Shown here in pieces: positions 31,982 to 41,306 of a stretch of 64,000 nucleotides of DNA. The stretch's first letter is position 1; each line of letters opens with the position of its first letter. Below the pieces are notes generated by a model, which saw only the letters and a program-made list of their open reading frames with translations, did not search any database and was not told where the DNA came from. The translations under genes and the position numbers were made by a program. Source of the stretch: an uncultured bacterium (GTDB lineage: Bacteria > Krumholzibacteriota > Krumholzibacteriia > LZORAL124-64-63); the NCBI GenBank assembly GCA_963732385.1, contig CAVSZB010000006.1, forward strand, positions 82,357-146,356, given 5' to 3'.

Positions 31982-34900
31982 GAGGCGAACGGTATGGCGG
32001 CATGATCGTGGCGGCGATGATCATCCTGGCGGCGGCCCGGGCGCCGGCACGGGCCGACGACGACGCTCCGTCGCCGGTCCGTGAGCTGGACGTGGTCGCC
32101 ACGTCGCACCTCGACACCCAGTGGCGCTGGACGATCCGCCAGACGATCGACGAGTACCTCCCGAACACGCTGCGCGACAACTTCGCGCTGTTCGAAAAGT
32201 ACCCCGGCTACCGGTTCAGCTTCGAGGGGGCGTTCCGCTACCTGCTGGCGCGGGAGTACTATCCGGCCGAATACGAACTTTTGAAGGGCTACATCCGCGA
32301 CGGCCGCTGGCACGTCGCCGGCAGCTGGGTGGACGCGGTCGACGTCAACATCCCTGCGCCCGAGTCGCTGATCCGGCACGCGCTCCTCGGCAACGGCTTC
32401 CACCGGCGCGAATTCGGGAAGACCAGCCGCGACGTGCTGCTGCCCGACTGCTTCGGCTTCGGTTTCGCGCTGCCCACCATCGCGGCGCACTGCGGTCTGC
32501 TCGGTTTCTCCACGCAGAAGCTGAGCTGGGGCTCCGCGTACGGCGTGCCGTTCGACGTCGGCCTCTGGGAGGGGGTCGACGGCTCGACGCTCGTGGCCGC
32601 CCTCCAGCCGGGCGACTACGTGTCGCGGATCACCACCGACCTGAGCGCCGACACGACCGTGGTGGCGGCGATCGACCGCCAGGGGGCGGCGTCGGGTCTC
32701 TACCGCACCATGAAGTACTTCGGCACCGGGGACGTGGGGGGGGCGCCCGCTGAGTCGTCGGTGGCCTGGCTCGAGCGCAGCCTGCACGGGAGCGGCCCGG
32801 TGACCGTGCGCAGCGTGGCGTCAGACCGGCTGGCGCGCGACCTGTCGGCGCTGCCGGAGGCGGCGCGCGCTCAGCTGCCGCGCTACCGCGGCGAGCTGCT
32901 CATGACCAGCCACGGGGCCGGCTGCTACACGTCCGAGGCGGCGATGAAGCGCTGGAATCGGCTTAACGAACGCCTGCTCGACGCGGCGGAGCGGGCCGCC
33001 GTGACGGCCGACTGGCTCGGCGCCTCGCCGTGGCCCCGCGCGGCGCTGGGCGAGACCTGGGTGCGCTTCCTCTGGCACCAGTTCCACGACGACCTGACCG
33101 GCACCAGCATCCCCGAGGCCTACGCCTACTCCTGGAACGACGAGGCGATCACGCTCAACCGCGCCGCCGGCCTGCTTGGCGAGGCGGTCGGAGCGGTGGC
33201 GCGGGCCCTCGACACCCGCGCCCGTGGCGAGGCGATCGTCGTCTACAATCCGCTCTCGCTCGCTCGCGAGGATGTGGTGGAAGCGGAGATCGTCTGGCCT
33301 GGCGAGGCCCCGGCCCAGGTCCGCGTGCACGGGCCAAACGGACGCGAAACGCCGTCGCAGCTGCTCGCGCGCACGCAGCGGTCGGTGCGGGTGGCCTTCC
33401 TGGCGGCGGTCCCAGCGACCGGATTCGCGGTCTACGACGTCCGCCCGGCGCGGTCGGCGTGTCCTCTCGACACCGGCCTGGGCGTCGACGCGGCGGGAAG
33501 GCTCGAAAACGGGCGTTACCGCGTGATGTTCGACGCCGCCGGCGACGTGGTCTCGGTCTTCGACAAGCGGCTCGGCCGCGAACTGCTGGCGGCCCCGCTG
33601 CAACTGCAGATCCTCGACGATGAACCGGCGAAGTGGGCCGCCTGGGAGATCGACCATGCCGACCTGATGGCCGCGCCGCGCGCGGTGGTGGGCGGCCCGG
33701 CGCAGGTGCGGGTGGCCGAGAGCGGCCCGGCGCGGGTGACGCTCGAGATCACGCGGCAGGCGGAAGGCTCGACCTTCGTGCAGCGCGTGTCGCTCGCGGC
33801 CGGCGGCGCCGGCGACCTGCTGACGATCGCCGCCGCCATCGACTGGCGCACGCCCGGCGGCCTGCTGAAGGCGGCCTTCCCGGTGGCGTCGGCCGCCCCG
33901 GAGGTGACGTACGACCTGGGCGTCGGCGTCATCCGGCGCGGCGTGAACACGGAGAAGCTGTACGAGGTGCCGGCGCAGCAGTGGGCCGACCTGAGCGGGG
34001 AGGACGGCGGCTTCGGCGTCACCGTGGTCAACGACTGCAAGTACGGATGGGACCATCCCGATCCAGGCACGCTCCGCCTGACGCTGCTGCATACCCCGCG
34101 CGTGAACGACAACTGGACCTGGGTCGGCGATCAGGGGTCGCAGGACCTCGGCCACCACCAGGTCACCTGGGGCGTGGCCGGGCACGCCGGCGGCTGGCGC
34201 GCCGGCGCCGCGCCGTGGCTGGCCGACCGGTTGAACCAGCCGCTGCGCGCCTTCCAGGCTCCCCGCCACGGCGGCCGGCTGGGGCGGACCTTCTCGCTGG
34301 TGCATCTGGAGGCCGCGTCGGCCGCCGCGCGGGCCGCCGGGGCGCTGCCGCCGGTGGCGATCCGGGCGGTGAAGCTGGCGGAGGAGTCGGACGAGATCGT
34401 GGTGCGGTTGCAGGAACTCGCGGGCGAGGCGGTCGACGGGGTGCGGGTCGTCTTCGCGCGCCCGGTCACGGCGGCGCGCGAGGTCAACGGCGCCGAGGAG
34501 CCGCTCGACGGCCCGGTGATGGTCCGCGATGGCGTGCTCGTCTGCGCGCTGCGGCCGTTCCAGCCGCGCGCCTTCGCCGTGCGTCTGGCCGCGGCGCCGG
34601 TGCGTCTCGACGTCCCTGTGGCGCAGCCGCTCGACCTGCCGTGGAATCTCGACGGCGTGAGCGACGACACCGACCGCACCGACGGCGACTTCGACGGCGA
34701 GGGGCGCACCATCGCGGGAGAACTGCTGCCTGCCGTCCTCACGGTCACCTCCGTGCCCTTTCGCACCGGGCCGCGCGCACCCGGCCAGTTGAACGTGGTG
34801 GCCTGCCGCGGCCAGCGGATCGCGCTCCCGGCGGGCAAATGGGAGCGTATCACGCTGCTGGCGGCCGCCGTGGGGGGCGATCGCGAGGCGACCTTCCTGG

Positions 34901-35943
34901 TGGACGGTGCGTCGCGCGTGCTCAGGATCCAGGACCACGCCGAGCCGCTCGGGCAGTGGGACAGCCGTCTCGTGGCCGGCGAACTGCGCGCCGATCCGGC
35001 GCAGATCGCGCCGGGGTACGTCAAGACGGCGCCGGTGGCGTGGGTCGGCACCCATCGCCACGACGCGCGGGGGCGCAACGAGGCCTACGCGTTCACGCAG
35101 GTCTGCGGCTACCGCCTCGACCTGCCGCGCGGCGCGCGACAGGTGACGCTGCCGGACGACGACCGTGTCCGTCTGCTCGCCGCCACGGTGACGCGCGCGG
35201 GCAACGACGCGACCCGCCCCGCCTCGGTCCTGATCGAGCGTCCGCCCGCCTCGACCCTCACGATCCAGGCGTCGCGCCGCGGGTTCATCGATTCGCTGGC
35301 CGTGGCGCTCGCATCGCCCAACCCGGGCGCGGTCATCCGCTACACCCTCGACGGCGTCGACCCCGGACCGGATGCGACGGAATATGTGGGTCCGCTGGCG
35401 TTGCACAGTTCGGCTGTGCTGAAGGCGCGCGCGTTCGCTCCCGGTCTCGATGACCGGTACGTCGCCAGTGCCGCCTTCACGAAAATGACGCCCTGCGATG
35501 CTGCCGCGACTCCCCCGGCGTTACCCGTCCCCGGCCTCGTTTGCCGCCTTTACGCAGGCTCCTTCGACCGGCTGCCCGACTTCGGGGCGCTGACGGCGCC
35601 TTGCACGAGCGTGGAACCGGTTGTCGGTCTGCCGGCCGGGGCGCCACGGGAGCATTTCGCCCTCGTGCTGGCCGGTTGGCTGCGCGTGCCGTCCGACGGC
35701 ATGTACACGCTCTCGCTGCGCTCCGACGATGGCAGCGTGCTCGACCTCGACGGTCGGCAGCTGATAGATGCCGACGGCCTCCACGGTGAGGGCGACGCCC
35801 GCGCCGAAATCGCCCTGCGCGCCGGCTGGCACCCGCTCGAGGTGCGTTACTTCCAGGCCGGCTACGACGCGGCCCTGAAGCTCTGGTGGGAGGGGCCGGG
35901 CTTCGGGTGGGAAACGGTGCCTGCGGCGGCGCTGGCGCACTGA
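31978..35943 (+). CDS. Exported GH38 alpha-mannosidase with Fn3-associated and PA14 C-terminal domains
   Basis: Signal peptide; SHLDTQWRW, LPDCFGF, HQFHDDLTGTS; IRYTLDG..P; LRSDDGS..L.IDADGLH (PA14). Confidence 0.9.
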   Translation: MRGERYGGMIVAAMIILAAARAPARADDDAPSPVRELDVVATSHLDTQWRWTIRQTIDEYLPNTLRDNFALFEKYPGYRFSFEGAFRYLLAREYYPAEYELLKGYIRDGRWHVAGSWVDAVDVNIPAPESLIRHALLGNGFHRREFGKTSRDVLLPDCFGFGFALPTIAAHCGLLGFSTQKLSWGSAYGVPFDVGLWEGVDGSTLVAALQPGDYVSRITTDLSADTTVVAAIDRQGAASGLYRTMKYFGTGDVGGAPAESSVAWLERSLHGSGPVTVRSVASDRLARDLSALPEAARAQLPRYRGELLMTSHGAGCYTSEAAMKRWNRLNERLLDAAERAAVTADWLGASPWPRAALGETWVRFLWHQFHDDLTGTSIPEAYAYSWNDEAITLNRAAGLLGEAVGAVARALDTRARGEAIVVYNPLSLAREDVVEAEIVWPGEAPAQVRVHGPNGRETPSQLLARTQRSVRVAFLAAVPATGFAVYDVRPARSACPLDTGLGVDAAGRLENGRYRVMFDAAGDVVSVFDKRLGRELLAAPLQLQILDDEPAKWAAWEIDHADLMAAPRAVVGGPAQVRVAESGPARVTLEITRQAEGSTFVQRVSLAAGGAGDLLTIAAAIDWRTPGGLLKAAFPVASAAPEVTYDLGVGVIRRGVNTEKLYEVPAQQWADLSGEDGGFGVTVVNDCKYGWDHPDPGTLRLTLLHTPRVNDNWTWVGDQGSQDLGHHQVTWGVAGHAGGWRAGAAPWLADRLNQPLRAFQAPRHGGRLGRTFSLVHLEAASAAARAAGALPPVAIRAVKLAEESDEIVVRLQELAGEAVDGVRVVFARPVTAAREVNGAEEPLDGPVMVRDGVLVCALRPFQPRAFAVRLAAAPVRLDVPVAQPLDLPWNLDGVSDDTDRTDGDFDGEGRTIAGELLPAVLTVTSVPFRTGPRAPGQLNVVACRGQRIALPAGKWERITLLAAAVGGDREATFLVDGASRVLRIQDHAEPLGQWDSRLVAGELRADPAQIAPGYVKTAPVAWVGTHRHDARGRNEAYAFTQVCGYRLDLPRGARQVTLPDDDRVRLLAATVTRAGNDATRPASVLIERPPASTLTIQASRRGFIDSLAVALASPNPGAVIRYTLDGVDPGPDATEYVGPLALHSSAVLKARAFAPGLDDRYVASAAFTKMTPCDAAATPPALPVPGLVCRLYAGSFDRLPDFGALTAPCTSVEPVVGLPAGAPREHFALVLAGWLRVPSDGMYTLSLRSDDGSVLDLDGRQLIDADGLHGEGDARAEIALRAGWHPLEVRYFQAGYDAALKLWWEGPGFGWETVPAAALAH

Positions 35944-36093
35944 ACCGGGACCGCCCGGCGCGGTGAACGCCCTACAGCGGAGTGATTCGCGGCCGATAAG
36001 AGTGGCGATTCGTCCGCTCGCGCCAGCGGTGGCCTGGGGTTTTCCGGCGGCCGCCCGCGGTCCAAACCGTTCGCTGGAAAGTCTGGTCCAGCC

Positions 36094-38832
36094 ATGTTCT
36101 CGCGTCTCGCCGCGCCGACCGATCTCCTGCTGCTGTTCAGCGGCATTATTTTTCTGCTGGCCGCCGTGGAGGTCCATGTCCTGGCGCGGCGCCATCCGCG
36201 CCTGCTGCCGTGGGGCTGGCTGGCGGCGAATTGCATCGCGTGGGCCGCGCTCGCCTGGGCGGGAATGGTGGCGACCTGTCTGGGCGATTCCCACCTCCTG
36301 CAGTTCGTCCGCCCCGGGGTACTTGCCCTTTACCTATTCTGCCTGGTCGAGCTGCTGCGGAGGATCCTGGCCCGCAGGTCACGACGCGAGCTCGCGACGG
36401 TGCCCCGGCTGCGTCGCCTCTTCGTGCCGGCGACCGGTCTGCTGGCGGTCCTGCCTCTTGTCGACGGGTTGCTTGCGCTGATCGGTGCGGTCACCGCGGT
36501 GACGGTCTGCACGCTGCTTGGCCTGGTCATCGTGGTGTTGCTGGTGCTCGCGGCGGGAGAACCGTGCGTCGGCCGGGCGTGCGGTGATTTGACGTTTTCG
36601 CGCGCCGGGTCACGGTGGCGTATCGCGTTGGCGATGGGGCTGGTGCTGGCGGTCTCCGGAGCGCGGGCGCACTCGGCCGGTCGCGCGCGCGACGCCGAGG
36701 AACGTGGCGATCTGCTGGCGCAGGTCCGGCTGGCGGCGTCGTCGCTCGATCCCGCCGACCTGCGTGAACTGCGCGGCGAACCGGCCGACGAAGAAATCGT
36801 CGCCCATCAGCGCCTGCGGGCGCGCCTGATCGCGATGCAGCTCGCCAGTCCCCAGCTGCGCTGGCTCTACCTGATGGCGCCGCGCGACGGCGAAGTGATC
36901 TTCACCGTCGATTCGGTCCCCGTGGGGATGTACGGGCACGTCGTTCCGGGCACGCCCTACGACGAGGCCCCGGTGGAATTCCACCGGATATTCGTCACTG
37001 GCGCCGCGACCTCCTTCGGACCGTACACGGACGAGTGGGGTTCGTTCATTACCGGTCTGGTGGGGTTGCGCGACCCGGAAAACGGTCGGCTCTCGGCTGC
37101 GCTCGGCGTCGACATCAACGCTGCGCGGCTTGCCGCTGGCATTGCCGCGAGCCGTCTGGCGCCGCTCGGATTCGGCGCGCTGCTGGCGTTCCTGTTGCTG
37201 GGGATCCACGTCTGGCTGCTCAGGGAGCGCGCTGCGGCCGCGCGATTGATGGCGTCCGAGCAGAGGCACCGCAGCCTGGTCGAGGGGGCGCCCAGCAGCA
37301 TCCTGCTGTGCGACGGCAACGGCCGGATCCTGGCCGTGAACCGGGCCGGGGTGGTCGCGTTCGGGCGTGGCGAGGACGAACTGCGCGGCACCGATCTGGT
37401 CGCGCTGTGGTCGCTTCCCACGCGTCTGGCGGTGGCTTCGGCGGTGTCCGAAGTGCTGCGCGGAGGACAGCCCGCTTTCTGCGCCATGAGCATGCGTCCC
37501 GACGGGCAGGAACTTGTCTGGGAAGGCGTGCTCACGTCGATTGCCGGCGCGGATCCGAGCAACGGTCGCTTCATGGGCATCCTGACCGACGTCACCGAAC
37601 GCCAGCGCGCCGAAGCCGAGCAGGCGCGGCTGGCCTCCGCGATCGCGCACGCCGGCGAAGCTGTGGTCATCACCGATCCGCAAGGGACGATCCAGTACGT
37701 CAACCCGGCCTTCGAACGGGTGACCGGCTACAGCCGCGAGGAGGTCGTGGGTCGGAACCCCCGCGTGCTCAGGAGCGGTCAGCAGGACGCCGCCTTCTAC
37801 GCCGGTCTGTGGGAGACCATCCTGCGCGGTGAAACGTGGAGCGGTGTGCTGGTGAACCGCCGCAAGGACGGCACGCCGTTCGAGGAGGAGGCGACGATCT
37901 CCCCGGTGCGCGACACCGAAGGCCGTATCGTCAATTTCGTCGCGGTCAAGCGCGACGTCACCGCCCAGCGGCAGCTGGAAGGGCAACTCCGCCAGGCCCA
38001 GCGGCTGGAATCGATCGGCCAGCTCGCGGCCGGCATTGCGCACGAGATCAACACGCCGACGCAGTACATCAGCGACAACACCCGGTTCCTGCGCGACAGC
38101 TTCACCACGCTGCTGCCGCTCGCGCAGGGCTTCCGTGAACTGATCGCGCAGGCGCAGGCCGGTCCGTTGCCCGGGGCCGTGATCGCCGACGCCGCGAAGC
38201 AGGTGAACGCCGCCGATCTCGATTTTCTGTCCGAGGAGATTCCGCGCGCGCTCGGGCAGTCGCAGGAGGGGCTCGGCCGGGTGACCCGCATCGTGCGCGC
38301 GCTGAAGGAGTTCGCGCATCCTGGCCGCGAGGGGAAGGCGCCGGTCGACCTCAATCGCACGCTCGAGAATTCGCTCCTCGTGGCGCGCAACGAATGGAAA
38401 TACGTGGCGGACGTCACTCAGGATCTCGATCCGGACCTGCCCGCGGTGCCGTGTGTCGAGGGGAGTTTCAACCAGGTGGTGCTCAATCTGGTGATCAACG
38501 CGGCGCATGCCATCGGGGACGTCGTGGCAGACAGCGGTCGCAAGGGAACCATCACGGTGTCCACGCGCCGATGCGGCGAGTGGGTCGAGATCCGCATTGC
38601 CGACACCGGCACCGGCATCCCCGAGGCGATCCGCGAACGGGTGTTCGATCCGTTCTTCACGACCAAGAAGGTGGGCAAGGGATCGGGCCAGGGGCTGGCC
38701 ATCGCCCGCTCGATCGTTGTAGACAAGCACCAGGGTGAAATCAGGTTCGATACCGAGATCGGCGTCGGAACGACCTTCATCATCCGCCTTCCGCTGGCCG
38801 ATGTGCCGGCGCCCGAGCCTGTCGCCGCCTGA
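36094..38832 (+). CDS. Membrane sensor histidine kinase with two PAS domains
   Basis: TM helices, extracytoplasmic sensor; PAS (YVNPAFERVTGY); AHEINTP, NLVINAAHA, DTGTGI, PFFTTK, GSGQGL. Confidence 0.92.
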   Translation: MFSRLAAPTDLLLLFSGIIFLLAAVEVHVLARRHPRLLPWGWLAANCIAWAALAWAGMVATCLGDSHLLQFVRPGVLALYLFCLVELLRRILARRSRRELATVPRLRRLFVPATGLLAVLPLVDGLLALIGAVTAVTVCTLLGLVIVVLLVLAAGEPCVGRACGDLTFSRAGSRWRIALAMGLVLAVSGARAHSAGRARDAEERGDLLAQVRLAASSLDPADLRELRGEPADEEIVAHQRLRARLIAMQLASPQLRWLYLMAPRDGEVIFTVDSVPVGMYGHVVPGTPYDEAPVEFHRIFVTGAATSFGPYTDEWGSFITGLVGLRDPENGRLSAALGVDINAARLAAGIAASRLAPLGFGALLAFLLLGIHVWLLRERAAAARLMASEQRHRSLVEGAPSSILLCDGNGRILAVNRAGVVAFGRGEDELRGTDLVALWSLPTRLAVASAVSEVLRGGQPAFCAMSMRPDGQELVWEGVLTSIAGADPSNGRFMGILTDVTERQRAEAEQARLASAIAHAGEAVVITDPQGTIQYVNPAFERVTGYSREEVVGRNPRVLRSGQQDAAFYAGLWETILRGETWSGVLVNRRKDGTPFEEEATISPVRDTEGRIVNFVAVKRDVTAQRQLEGQLRQAQRLESIGQLAAGIAHEINTPTQYISDNTRFLRDSFTTLLPLAQGFRELIAQAQAGPLPGAVIADAAKQVNAADLDFLSEEIPRALGQSQEGLGRVTRIVRALKEFAHPGREGKAPVDLNRTLENSLLVARNEWKYVADVTQDLDPDLPAVPCVEGSFNQVVLNLVINAAHAIGDVVADSGRKGTITVSTRRCGEWVEIRIADTGTGIPEAIRERVFDPFFTTKKVGKGSGQGLAIARSIVVDKHQGEIRFDTEIGVGTTFIIRLPLADVPAPEPVAA

Positions 38833-38860
38833 GCAGCCGGGCCACCCGCGTCGGCTTCCC

Positions 38861-41146
38861 TCACGGCCGGAACAGATACTGCAACTTCAGGAAGTACGTC
38901 CGTTCGCCAAGCTGCCAGCTTTCCGGTCCGTCGTCGACCGCCGCGAAGCGGGAGTAGCTGCGCGTCGAGCCGATGTAGAAGATGGAGAAAGGGCTGATGC
39001 GGTACGTGACGAGGGGATCGGCCTGCCAGCTGGCCGCGAAGTCGTCGTACTGCACGACGAGACGCGTGGACAGTTCGCGCGACAGCTGCAGGTAGCATTT
39101 GGCGCGCGCGACATAGCCGTCGAAGAGGCGCTCGCCGGTGGCGAGATCGTCGCTGCGTATCCACTCGCCCGAGGTCGCGATGACCACGCGGTCGAGGGGG
39201 CGCAACTCGAACGTCGCCTCGACCGCGCGTTCGTTGCCCATGACGAGATCACGACGGGCGATGCGGTGGCCGGTGCGTCCCTCGAGCGCGCAGAACAGCC
39301 AGGCGCTGGGCGTGCTTTTGACCGTCAGGCCCAGTTGTCTGATACCGTCGAAATCGATCCCGCCGAACCTTTCGTTGCTGCGCAAGGCGCTGAGCGAGAC
39401 CTGGGTCTGGGCGACGCGCAGACGGGTATCCAGCCCGGCGAAGAGCCATTCGTCCTTGCGCAGGCCGGAGAAATCCCACATGCGCGCGACGTTCACCGAG
39501 GGGTTGATCCATTCCACCAGCCCCGCCGTCCAGCGATGGATCCAGTACGCCGCCGCTTCGCCGTGGATCTGATCGTTGCGCGGTTCGAAGCCGGCGTCGG
39601 CGCGGAAGCCGGGGCTGCGCGCCCAGAATTCGGCGACCGCGCCCCAGGTGCGGGCCTCCTGCTCGAAAGCGGCGAAGATCGCGTGGCCGTTGAAGGTCTC
39701 GCCGTCGAACGTCGCCGTGTGACGGCCCCGGTCGAAGGTCAGGTCGGCCAGATCGGACGTGAGGGTCGTGTCGTTCGGTTCTGCGGTGTGCGTCAGCAGC
39801 AATTGCGCTTCGACCTGCGCCGTCCGGCCGAGGCGGATGCGTCCGTCGATGCCGCCGAGGGTGGAGGCCCCGCCGCCGTCGTAGCGACGGTCGGTGGCGG
39901 TCAGGCCGAGGTACGCCTGGTCGCCGAGGCTGTGCCGCACGCGCACCAGGTTCGTCCAGCTCCGGTTCGCGTCCACGAAGCCGCTGCGCTCGGTGAACGG
40001 TACGATGATCGGCGTGCGCGCATCGCGGGCCGAGAGCACCGCCATGTCCGTGCGACCCGGGCGTCCGGTCAGCTTGAACGCGAACTCGGGGTCGTTGATG
40101 GATCGCGTGTAGACGGTGTTGAACCAGGTGTTGAACATTTCCGCCCCTTCCAGGAAGAAGGGGCGTTTTTCGGGGTAGGACAGGGCGAAGGTGGTATTGG
40201 CGTCGATCTGCGCCGCGTCCGATTCCACCTGGCTGAAATCGGGATTGACGGTCGCCTCCGCCGTGAAGGTTGACGTGGGGGAGTACTTGAAGCCCACCGA
40301 CGGCTCGCCGCAAATATCCCCTTCGCGGAAGCTGCCGTCGTCGCTCCGCGACCCCTTCTGCCGCGCCGTGAAGGCCGGCAGCACCTCGATGCCGCGTCCG
40401 GCGCGCAGGTCCCCCAGGCCGACGAGCGAGCCCCACTGGCAGGCCCAGCACGATTCGTCGCGGTCGACCGCGGCCCACACGTACTGTTCGCGCGAGGCGC
40501 GCGGGCGGTTGCGCCAGACGTTCACCCGCCAGGTCTGTTCGGACCGGTTGGGGAAACGCAGGCTGGCGAACGGGATCGCCAGCTCCGCCTGCCAGCCGTC
40601 GCCGGTGATCCGCCCGGCGCTGCGGTAGATCAGGTCGTAGCCCGTGTCCTCGCCGCTGGTGGGCGACCAGAGGATGTCCCCCTGGATGCCGAGCGGGTTG
40701 ACGCCGATCTCGTAGGCCCAGCTCTGGGACGCGTAGGTGTCGAGCATGAGGATGATGTAGTCGTCGGTCCAGATGCGGTCGCGTTCGCAGAGCGAGGCGC
40801 GCACGGTGGAGGGGTCGTCGTGGCAGATGATCGCCACATAGAGGTTGTCGTCGTCGAAGGCGAACAGCGCCTCCGTGGCGACCGGCGGACGTCCGAGATC
40901 GCGCGGCGCGTACTCCGTGAAGCCGGTCGCCTGCTCCGCATCCGCCCAGCCGGCGTCGTCGAGCACCCCGTCGATACGGATCGGCGCGGTCACGCGCGCG
41001 CAGGTGACCGACGGCCGGAATTGCGGCGTGAAGCCGGCGTCGGGGGAGATCCGCGTGGCGACGGCGGGGTCGGCGAGGGTCAGGCAGACAGCCAGCGTCG
41101 CGGCCAGGCAGACTGCGGACGCGCAGCGAGGGACGATGGTCGACAT
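38861..41146 (-). CDS. CBM9-like + DUF5916 outer-membrane protein
   Basis: IDGVLDDAGW, AELAIPFASLRF, ATVNPDFSQVESD, EKRPFFLEG, C-terminal FLKLQYLF. Confidence 0.85.
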   Translation of the reverse strand: MSTIVPRCASAVCLAATLAVCLTLADPAVATRISPDAGFTPQFRPSVTCARVTAPIRIDGVLDDAGWADAEQATGFTEYAPRDLGRPPVATEALFAFDDDNLYVAIICHDDPSTVRASLCERDRIWTDDYIILMLDTYASQSWAYEIGVNPLGIQGDILWSPTSGEDTGYDLIYRSAGRITGDGWQAELAIPFASLRFPNRSEQTWRVNVWRNRPRASREQYVWAAVDRDESCWACQWGSLVGLGDLRAGRGIEVLPAFTARQKGSRSDDGSFREGDICGEPSVGFKYSPTSTFTAEATVNPDFSQVESDAAQIDANTTFALSYPEKRPFFLEGAEMFNTWFNTVYTRSINDPEFAFKLTGRPGRTDMAVLSARDARTPIIVPFTERSGFVDANRSWTNLVRVRHSLGDQAYLGLTATDRRYDGGGASTLGGIDGRIRLGRTAQVEAQLLLTHTAEPNDTTLTSDLADLTFDRGRHTATFDGETFNGHAIFAAFEQEARTWGAVAEFWARSPGFRADAGFEPRNDQIHGEAAAYWIHRWTAGLVEWINPSVNVARMWDFSGLRKDEWLFAGLDTRLRVAQTQVSLSALRSNERFGGIDFDGIRQLGLTVKSTPSAWLFCALEGRTGHRIARRDLVMGNERAVEATFELRPLDRVVIATSGEWIRSDDLATGERLFDGYVARAKCYLQLSRELSTRLVVQYDDFAASWQADPLVTYRISPFSIFYIGSTRSYSRFAAVDDGPESWQLGERTYFLKLQYLFRP

Positions 41147-41306
41147 GCGGGATCCTCTGTGGCGGGGGTTCGCGGCTCGCCGGGGCCGACGGGCCGGTCC
41201 CGGCGCGAACCGCGATTACGCAGGCCGGGGCTTCGGGTTGCAACTCCGAAGTTGCGCGCGGCGGCCGGCGGACCGGCCGCCGCCGCGGTCAGGATCGGTG
41301 GGGCGC

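Noticed and set aside
30580..35943. 1787-aa permease-mannosidase fusion ORF
   Set aside because: Caused by the frameshift at ~31285; the middle section is off-frame, and the mannosidase has its own ATG and signal peptide at 31978
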